This document shows, piece by piece, positions 55,401 through 64,000 of a stretch of DNA of 64,000 nucleotides. This DNA comes from Octopus sinensis (lineage: Eukaryota). Below the pieces are notes generated by a model, which worked only from the letters and a program-made list of their open reading frames with translations, made no database searches and had not been told where the DNA came from. The stretch is from NCBI RefSeq assembly GCF_006345805.1, contig NC_043004.1, forward strand, positions 74,276,001 through 74,340,000, written 5' to 3'. Both the position numbers and the translations under genes were made by a program. Position 1 is the stretch's first letter. The number at the start of each line of letters is the position of its first letter.

Positions 55401-55924
55401 TTCTGGCAAGGCAACGTTGGCAATGATGACACTCGAATGTTGCTTTTCACGTGCCACCAGCACATGTTCTGGTAAGGCAACGTTGGCAATGATGACACTC
55501 GAATGGTTGCTTTTCACGTGCCACCAGCACATGTTCTGGTAAGGCAACGTTGGCAATGATGACACTCGAATGTGCTTTTCATGTGCCACCAGCACATGTT
55601 CTGGTAAGGCAACGTTGGCAATGATGACACTCGAATGGTGCTTTTCACGTGCCACCAGCACATGTTCTGGTAAGGCAACGTTGGCAATGATGACACTCGA
55701 ATGGTGCTTTTCACGTGCCACCAGCACATGTTCTGGTAAGGCGACGTTGGCAATGATGACACTGGAATGGTGCTTTTTACGTGCCACCAGCACATGTTCT
55801 GGTAAGGCAACGTTGGCAATGATGACACTCGAATGGTGCTTTTCACGTGCCACCAGCACATGTTCTGGTAAGGCGACGTTGACATCGATGACACTCGAAT
55901 GGTGCTTTTTACGTGCCACCAGCA
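19414..55924. repeat. Intronic 66-bp tandem repeat macro-array (~550 copies, ~36.5 kb) in three blocks oriented +/-/+
   Basis: Unit GGTAAGGCAACGTTGGCAATGATGACACT(G/C)GAATG(T/G)TGCTTTTCACGTGCCACCAGCACATGTTCT. Forward ~19414-32256, reverse complement ~32264-44190, forward ~44215-55924. Copy number estimated as length/66. Confidence 0.99.
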
Positions 55925-56022
55925 TGGGAGCCAATCCGTGGCCCTGGCAATTGATTATCTAAATCTGAATTCCAGAAGACTATTTTTGCAAACTGTCAAA
56001 GATAAAAGAGAAAACCCCTTAC

Positions 56023-56126
56023 GTCTATGTCTTCTTGAGTGAAAGTCTCTGCATTTTTACCCATTATGTTGGCCAAATGTCTTTTACCAATTTCATACTG
56101 TGCAATTTCTTCTTTCATCTGTGCAT
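56023..56126 (-). CDS. MRPS9: MRPS9 exon
   Basis: gacag|AT GCA CAG ATG...ATA GAC|gtaagg, translating as (D)[34 protein letters not shown]. Contains the hallmark G(K/R)[17 protein letters not shown] motif of uS9m. 104 nt. Confidence 0.97.
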
Positions 56127-56604
56127 CTGTCAAGAAAGAAATTTGAAGAATATTTATCATCTTAACATGTGGGGTTAGAATGCCATAGGAAGGGTCACAA
56201 GACAAATTCTTCAAGCCAAGCTAACCAGCAGGAGACCTAGGGGTAGACCAGAATGAGATGGGTGGAAAATGGTCATGCTTGGGAATCCAGCTGGAAAGTG
56301 TACTGGCTGTTGGTTCCAAGAGAAACTCTATAGAGGTGGTGTTTGAGGACTCTAACCCCATAATTCTCCCAGGGACAGTGGATGGAGGAAATGGATGGAT
56401 GGAATGGTAATTACTTTAAAACAAATCCATAAAATTTACACATTTATGTGGATGAATACGAGAGGGGTGAAATGTAGAATACAAAGGAGAAGACATCGTT
56501 GCAATGTGGTGCATATGACGGATGACTGTTGGGGTAAAGGACTGAGTAAGCCAAGAGGATGGAGCCTCCAGAAGCGGAAGACTGAGGATAGAAGTGGAGA
56601 AATC

Positions 56605-56818
56605 CGGCAGAAACGTTAACACACCAGGTGAAATGCTTAGCGGTATTTCGTTCTGAGTTCAAATTCTGCCAAGGTCGACTTTGCCTTTCATCCTTTCAGG
56701 GTCGATAAATAAAGTACCAGTTACGCACTGGGGGTCGATGCAATCGATTTAATCCCTTTGTCTGTCCTTGTTTGTTCCCTCTATGTTTAGCCCCTTGTGG
56801 GCAATAAAGAAATAAGAA
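56605..56818 (+). mobile_element. Second SINE family with a Meta-domain-like core (reverse copies at ~16735-16925 and ~17990-18200)
   Basis: GAGTTCAAATTC B box followed by GTCGACTTTGCCTTTCATCCTTTCAGGGGTCGATAAATAAAGTACCAG. The core assignment is from memory of MetaSINE cores. Confidence 0.7.
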
Positions 56819-58201
56819 GTGGAGAAATCTGATAGGGTGGATGTGATGAAGGGAAGTGACAAGAAATTACAATAAGTGACTGAACCAGACAATGCAGCAA
56901 GACAAAATGGACGGAAAAGGAAGCAGAGAGAGGGAAAAGGGAGGAAGAGGGGAAGACAGGAAGGGCAGGAGGAATGAGAGGAGGAGGAGGAGGTGGGGGA
57001 GAAAGAGAGGGTGGTAGCAGCAGTGATAATGATCATAATATTGATGATGTAATTTATTCCTCATCCCAATTTCAAAATTTACCAACATGTTTGCTAATTT
57101 CTTTGTTCCAATGTCCAGAGACATTAAAATTACAGTAATACCTCGACTATTGCAGGTGTTATGTTCTAAAACCCACATGAAGGGTGAAAATCCATGGAGC
57201 AGAAAACAGTAGTGTATTTTTTATAATTATTTTTATAATTTGTATACATTTATTTTATTATACATATATACAATGGGCTTCTTTCAGTTTCCATCTACCA
57301 AATTCACTCGCAAGGCTTTGGCTATAGTAGAAGACACTTGCTAAAGGTACCACGCAGTTGGAATGAACCCGGAACTATGTGGTTGGTAAGCAAGTTACTT
57401 ACCACACAGCCACTCCTGCGCATCCACTTTCCATGCATGAATGAGTCAGACAGAATTTGTTGGGATCAATTCTCAAAAAATGGAATCCCTTCCTGTTGCC
57501 AAACCTCACCGGTTTTGAAATAAAGTAATATTTTCCCCAAGGCCTGACACGTTTTTCAAAGAAGACTGAAAATGAACAACATCACTTGTATGATGGTGAT
57601 GTTTGTTTATAACCATCACAAGAAATCAAGGCAAGGGCATGGTGCCACATAAAGAAACCACCTGTGCTGGTGCCACGTATAAAGCACTGGTGCAGGTGAC
57701 ATATAAATAGCACCTGGTACACACTGGAAAGTGGTTGGCATTAGGAAGGCATTCAAACATAGAAAACCACATCAAAACAGACCAAGGGCGCCTGGTGCAT
57801 CTCTCTGGCTGGCCAGTCTGGGTCAAACCATCCAACCTATGCCAGCATGGAAAACAAACAAATGACAGTGATGATATAAGTTTCCATGTATCAAATCAAT
57901 TCCCAAGGCTTTGGTCAACCTGGGGTTATGGTAGAAGACACTTGCCCAAGGTGCTACACTAAGATTGAACCTGACACCATACGGTAAGGAAGCAAGTTTC
58001 TTTACCACACAGCCATGCTTTCATGAGCCCCAAGATTAATGGAAGTGTAGTTAACTCTGGCAGGATTTGAACTCAAAATAAAATACTTGAGTGTATATTG
58101 TCCAAAACTCTACCATCTGTGTCAGCCATCACCACTCCACACACACACACACACTTTTTTCCCAGCTTAACACAATAAAAAAACTTGTCATGATTCAATT
58201 A

Positions 58202-58452
58202 TTGGGTTACTGCATAATTATTGCGGCTTTTTTTCAACAAATTTTATACAACAAAAACAATAACAATATTTAACAAAAACATCTTTAAATGATGGTCTGA
58301 CCATCTGCCAAGCAAATGGGAAGCAGTAATTGAAGTAGATGGTGAATATGCTCTGGAATAATCATTTAAAGATGTCTCCACTAGATGTTGTTATTATTTT
58401 TGTTGAATAAAATTTGTTGGAAAAAGCCACAATAATTATTCCCCAACCCAAA
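58202..58452. mobile_element. Mariner-type MITE with ~90-bp imperfect inverted arms
   Basis: 58202-58294 (TTGGGTT..ATAATTATTGCGGCTTTTTTTCAACAAATTTTA..CATCTTTAAATGAT) is reverse-complementary to 58360-58452. TA at both ends. Confidence 0.8.
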
Positions 58453-58486
58453 TAGTATTTGGTTATAAAGAGAAAGCGAGAGATAC

Positions 58487-58619
58487 CATGTGCTTTTGCT
58501 CATTCGATATAGGCAAGCATGGCTCGGCTAATTTTCTCTGCTTTTTTTATTGGTCTCCTCTGTCTATGCTCTGAAAGCTTTATCAAAGATGAAGTCACTT
58601 CAGGAGATATAAACCGCAA
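58487..58619 (-). CDS. MRPS9: MRPS9 (28S mitoribosomal protein S9/uS9m) internal exon, the most 5' exon found; contains an in-frame TGA at 58500-58502
   Basis: ttttcag|TTG CGG ... AAA ATT AGC CGA GCC ATG CTT GCC TAT ATC GAA TGA GCA AAA GCA CAT G|gtatct, translating as LRFISPEVTSSLIKLSEHRQRRPIKKAEKISRAMLAYIE*AKAH(D). It resembles the S-K/R-A-M-x-A-Y-L-E/K-R-A-x-x-H-D motif of invertebrate uS9m (recalled). 133 nt; the phase-1 end matches the next exon. Confidence 0.85.
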
Positions 58620-59984
58620 CTGAAAATATAAAAAATAAAAGAAGAAAACAAAAAAGAAATAAGAATTAGAAGTTACACTAGCTTACATCTCATTAACCAT
58701 CAACATAATTAGTATGTGTTATGGTAATAATTTACTAATTATAATTATTATGTAATTATCATTTCATACACCCATTACACTCTTGGAATGGTTGGCATTA
58801 GAGAGGACAACCAGCCATAGAAACCATGCCAAATCAGACTGAAGTCTTGTGCAGCCTTTCAGCTTACCAGCCCTGGTCAAACTGTCCAACCCATGCCAGC
58901 ATGGACAATGGATGTAAAAAGATGATGATGATGATGATGATGACAATGGAACAAATTTGTAGAAGAGAGAGATGTAATAAATTATATTAACCCTTAGAGA
59001 TGATGGATACATTTTATTGACCCCAGGAGGTTGACCATGCGGGGATTTTAACCTAGAATTTGGAAAGATGAAATTAACTACACTAAGAAATTTACTCTGA
59101 TGCACAACTGCTTTTGGTAATCATCATCATCGTTTAACATCCATTTTCGATGCTGGCATGGGTTGGACGGTTTGACTGGAGACTGGCGAGCCAGGAGGCC
59201 ACACCAGGCTTCAATCTGATCTGGCAATGTTCCTACAGCTGGATGATAAGGGTACACCAGGTACATGCCTCACAACCATATGTATGCAATATGGTGACCT
59301 CATATCAAGATGAAAAGTACATGACCTTGCAGGTGGGGCCCAGTTAGAATTTTGTTCAAGTTGAGTAGCCCATCCTGCTCAAAAGGTTCCTGAATAAAGA
59401 TTGGTTAAGGATGATGCACCCATGTTTCCAAAAGTGAATTATTCAAAACTCCAAAGAATTCCTCTCAACACATGGCTTTGATGCTCCCCCACTATTCCTG
59501 CTCCTGCCTGACTGGCTCCCCATGTCAGTGACACATAGACAGCACCATCCGAATGTGGTCAATGTCAGCCCCCCCCTACCCCAACTGGCTTCCGTGCAGG
59601 TGGCACATAAAAAGCACCCACTACACTCTCACAGTGGTTGGCTTTAGGAAGGGTATCCAGCTGTAGAAACATTGCCAGATCAGACTGGCACCTGGTGCAG
59701 CGTCAGTCCCCAATCAAACCATCCAACCCATGCCAGCATGGAAAACAGACATTAAACGATGATGATGATGATGATCAGAGATGCACATATTGTCAGCCAG
59801 TAAGAGACATGGTCAACTGGTTAAGGTCCAACAACCGACAAGCAAATCTGTGGTATTGAGCAGAATATTTGTTGTAGCCCATCTTTTATACCAAGATATA
59901 AACAATGTATATGACAACACTTCTGATCACTCAAGATCAGAAACCATGAGAGCCACTGCCTGCTGCTTCATCAGGGCATTTATA

Positions 59985-60021
<37 letters not shown>

Positions 60022-60066
60022 TATATAGAATTGCCAGGGTTCGAGAGAATGTCTATTAATAACCGT

Positions 60067-60388
60067 GAGGGCGCGTGGCTTAGTGGTTAGGGCATTCGGC
60101 TCATGATCGTAAGGTTGTGAGTCCGCTTCCCGGCGACGCGTTGTGTCCTTGAGCAAGACACTTTATTTCACGTTGCTCCAGTCCACTCAGCTGGCAAAAA
60201 TGAGTTGTACTTGTATTTCAAAGGGTCAGCCTTGTCACTCTCTGTGTCACGCTGATTATCCCCGAGAACTACGTTAAGGGTACACGTGTCTGTGGAATGC
60301 TCAGCCATTTGCACGTTAATTTCACGAGCAAGCTGTTCCGTTGATCGTATCAGCTGGGACCCTCGTCGTCGTAACCGGCGGAGTCTTT
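60067..60388 (+). mobile_element. Third tRNA-headed SINE family, a young-looking CpG-rich copy
   Basis: GGCGCGTGGCTTAGTGGTTAGGGC (A box)...GAGTCCGCTTCCC (degenerate B box), then a GTGTCCTTGAGCAAGACACTTT core. Confidence 0.75.
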
Positions 60389-61132
60389 AGAATTAATAAC
60401 CAAACGATCCGTCAGCAATGCATGTTCAATACTTTCATCATTTGATCTAACCGTCCCTCTAATCAGCGATTCTGTATTCACCTCGACAGGGATAATCCAC
60501 GCAAAACTGATTGGCTTCAGTGATGTTTCAATGATCCATTAGAGAAGACATGGGCAATGTTTTTAAAGAAGCGGGTCGCACAACTAAGAAAAATTCAAGG
60601 TGATATTTTGTTAACTGTGCCAATCAGAAAATCTTGCGGGCCGAAAGGTTAACCATTAGCGTTTAAAGGAAACTGAATTCGGTCAAACTAAAGCGTTTGA
60701 CCCGGTCATAAAAAAAAAAAAAATAGTGTAATAGGTGAAAAACAACTTGCTCTAAACGAATATGACAAAAAAAGATGCGCGCTCGCGAAAGAGGGTGGAG
60801 GAGAGGACTCGGAAAATTCACATTGTGAATTTCTGAAAGCGTCTGACTCGGGCACAAAAATAAACAAAAAAAATAGTGTAAATAGTGGCTAAACCACAAC
60901 ATGGAAAGATCAATGTAGTCCATAGCCAAAAACCTCTCTTCTTTTTGTTAGGGAGATTTTAAACACAAGGGTAACTGCTTGGGGGAGGTCTTATTTCTTT
61001 ACTGTTATGGATATCGCATTTTTTTTTTTTTGCTGACTTGTATTATATAGTCTTTGACTCAATTCAGTAGTGCCAAACCAAAAGTATAGGGCGTAACTTC
61101 GGTGTAAGTACCGGATACATTTCAAGAAAGTG

Positions 61133-61186
<54 letters not shown>

Positions 61187-61499
61187 ACTAGAACTGTTTC
61201 ATTCAAGAGAAATCTTCAGGAAGCTAGTTAACAAGAATTGTATTGGCATTTATACATTTAGGCAGGTTTAACGGGGTGTTGGTGGGGGACTTTTTTGGGG
61301 GTAGGCATAGCACAAAATATCATACTTGGGAGAGTGGTCAAGGAGTCAGTGTTAAATTAGATAGAAGAATAAATAAAAAAATAAAAAAATAAAAATAAAA
61401 AAATAAAATAAAAAAACCTATATATAAAAAAAAAAAAAAAACCTATATATAAAAAAAGGGGGGATAGAGTTTTAGGTAAATAAGGAGATTCTCACTTAT

Positions 61500-62181
61500 A
61501 CCTATGCACACATGTATACATACATACACACACATGCAAACATATATACACATACATACACACATACATACACACACATATATATACATATATATACACT
61601 TACACATACACATGCATATACATATCTACACATACACATATATGTATACACACACACACTCACATGCATACACGTATACACACATGTATATATACACACA
61701 CGACCTCACATACATATACGCACAGAAAAATATATATACACATACACACACATACTCACATACACGCATACACACACATATCCACACACACACATGCACA
61801 CACAGCACACTAGTCCCTATATACACATATATACACATACACACACATATACACACACATACATACATATACATACATGTATACATATACATATGAGTAC
61901 CTATGCAAACCTACACATACACACATATATATACACATACTAATACAGACCCATTCCCTAATTTTAATTTTATTATCTTCGTTTATTACTTTTGTTATCT
62001 TTGGCCGCTTGGTCACAAGCATCTTGGCTATGACAGCCAGTCCATTCATACTGAATACTTGGTGAAATTGATTAGTGACTAATTGACTTTGCCCTCAATT
62101 GTTGATATATGTATATGTGTGTGTATATATATGTGGGTGTATGTGTATATGGACTTGTATGTATATGTGTGTGTATGTATG

Positions 62182-62280
<99 letters not shown>

Positions 62281-62493
62281 GCATATATATGTATGTATAT
62301 GTATATGTATATGTATGTGTGTGTGTATATGTATATATGTGTATATATATGAGTGTACGCGAGTATGTCGATGTATATGTAGGTATGTAGAGTTATGTGT
62401 ATGTGCAGGTATGTGAGTGTAGATACAAATTGTAGATGTGTATATATGTGTGTGTGTGTATATATACACGTATATGGGTATGTGTATATGTAG

Positions 62494-62526
<33 letters not shown>

Positions 62527-62648
62527 TATGTATATGCGAGTATGTAGAGATATAAGTATGTGCATGTGTATATGTATATGTGTGTATATATATGTATGGG
62601 TATGTGTATGTGTATGTATGTATATATATATATATTATATATTATATA
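61500..62648. repeat. Compound (CA/TA)n and (TG/TA)n microsatellite blocks
   Basis: 61500-61940 is CA/TA-rich and 62105-62648 is TG/TA-rich. The overlapping His/Thr/Tyr/Ile ORFs are spurious. Confidence 0.97.
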
Positions 62649-62651
62649 TGG

Positions 62652-63513
62652 TAAGGATAAGAATAAATTTAGTCCTTTAATTAACAACGGTACTGTTAGA
62701 GTGGGATATAGCATTACTCATAATCTAGCCACCATTATCTCCTCTTTTAATAACAAGAAACTGGATCACTTCTATAAGGATAGAAAATTGAATTTAGACC
62801 AGGAAAACTTGCCCCTCTTCATTAATAATAGGAATAGAAACTTTCTTGGAACAAATGGGAACAACCTCCTTACTAATAATGAGTGCACCATACCTGTCAG
62901 AGATAATATAAATGAAATAGATCATACTACTACTACCAATACTAGTACTAGTGATAGGAATATAGCCGATAATGTGAAATTAACTCATTCGTTGATTTTG
63001 GGTTTGGATGATGATAACAATTGTAACACTTATAATGTGAATAGTAGTATAGGGGTGTTGTCCAATTTTAGATTTCCTCATTCTGTTAATCTTTGTAATT
63101 GCAGAAATAAAAATAAATGTGTATTTGGTAATCAATGCCTCAGGAAGGAGGTAGTTTACCAATGCACTGTAGATACACAATTGAGTAGTAGGGTGTATAT
63201 CGGGGCAACTATGAATAGCATAAAACAAAGATGGAATTATCACAGATATACTTTTAGGAATAAAAATAGAATGTACTCTACAGGGCTAAGTGCATACATT
63301 TGGGAGCTTAAAAATAAGAACTTAGATTTTAGATTAAACTGGAAAATACTAACTTCAGCACCTGTGTATAATGGAAAAAATAAAAAATGCTCTCTATGTA
63401 TTAATGAAATTTTCTTCATTATTAAAGCGGGTCGGCAAATTATTAACAACATTAATGAAAAAAACTTCTTTTGTATTCATAGGCTACCGTTCACCTTTTC
63501 TAGATTCAAATAG
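62652..63513 (+). mobile_element. Penelope-like element, C-terminal GIY-YIG endonuclease ORF (5'-truncated; Naiad-like by motif)
   Basis: [24 protein letters not shown]...CNCRNKNKC...QCLRKEVVYQC...VYIGATMNSIKQRWNYHRYTF...TGLSAYIWELK...WKIL...CSLCINE...CIHR. The N-terminal part of the listed 317-aa ORF is only microsatellite. Confidence 0.88.
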
Positions 63514-64000
63514 AACTTAGCACTTCCACTATTATTAATTTTTTTAACTCCCTTCTTTAACTAAATATACCTGTGGTCTTCTATAATTTCTAAAGTATAC
63601 AATTTATATATTTTATAATTTTATAATTTTTATAGCTACATTTGTATAATAATTAATGGATGTGTCTAGTATTAGTGGTTTCTTGTTTTTTGTATGTGGG
63701 TTTTTGTTTGTTTTTTAAGAGAATTGCAATATGACATAAAATAACATATTCATTTTGGTACTTGCCTTGTAATGTGTGATTTTTGAAGTTTTCCAATATT
63801 GCATAGTATATTGCATAGTATATATATATATCTTGGGTAGATACCTAGCTCTGGATAATGTAATGATATTGTATAATATGTAATATATGAGAGCCTTTTG
63901 TGAGTTTGGTGGGTTTAGGTTGAGATTATAGGTTTTTTGTATGTGTTTATTTGGAAGGTTTTTATTGTATATTTGGTCTTTTTGTACTCACCTTAATTTG

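Noticed and set aside
19414-55924. CRISPR array
   Set aside because: Head-to-tail units with no unique spacers, no cas genes, and a spliceosomal eukaryotic context.
19326-55962. Dozens of long ORFs (up to 1104 aa) of EHVLVAREKQHSSVIIANVALP, WWHVKSNIPVSSLPTLPYQNMC or ECCFSRATSTCSGKATLAMMTL repeats
   Set aside because: The 66-bp unit is 22 codons and stop-free in three frames on both strands. Frames switch at frequent indels, there is no unique N- or C-terminal domain, and the array is intronic and LINE-UTR derived.
60067-60140. tRNA gene (likewise the heads at 8133 and 967)
   Set aside because: A/B boxes are present but there is no proper cloverleaf or acceptor stem, and the sequence continues into SINE bodies found in multiple copies.
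60400-60960. MRPS9 promoter or first exon (CCAAT-like boxes at ~60507-60517 and ~60619-60628, CpG-rich patch, GAG|gtgaat donor at 60481, 88-aa ORF at 60663-60929)
   Set aside because: No ATG-initiated open frame reaches the donor in the required phase. The region has internal direct repeats and may be a transposon fragment, so it cannot be supported without TSS data.
61502-62714. Many His/Thr/Tyr/Ile- or Val/Cys/Met-rich ORFs
   Set aside because: Translations of dinucleotide microsatellites.

Overview
Eukaryotic, repeat-rich genomic DNA. The SINE, RTE-LINE, Penelope and (CAT)n/(TA)n landscape points to a coleoid cephalopod, probably Octopus (inferred). One host gene spans the window on the minus strand: mitochondrial ribosomal protein S9 (MRPS9/uS9m). 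I traced 11 internal GT-AG exons (1018 nt, all phases consistent) from 58619 down to 324; the first and last exons were not found in the window. The most 5' exon found carries an in-frame TGA (58500-58502) where homologues, as I recall them, have Arg. A ~90-bp-arm MITE hairpin starts ~34 nt into the following intron. A 38-kb intron (17899-56022) is almost filled by a ~36.5-kb array of a 66-bp unit (~550 copies) in three ~12-kb blocks oriented +/-/+. The unit derives from the 3'UTR minisatellite of an RTE LINE, and a 5'-truncated copy of that LINE (with a PHD-like finger inside its RT) lies at 9135-11390. Also present: a type I hammerhead ribozyme fold, a Penelope-like GIY-YIG ORF, a decayed Tx1/L1-like LINE, several MITEs and many tRNA-SINEs. 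The long ORFs in the array are by-products of a 22-codon unit that is stop-free in three frames. The array inversions and the TGA may be assembly or sequencing artefacts and need read-level checks.
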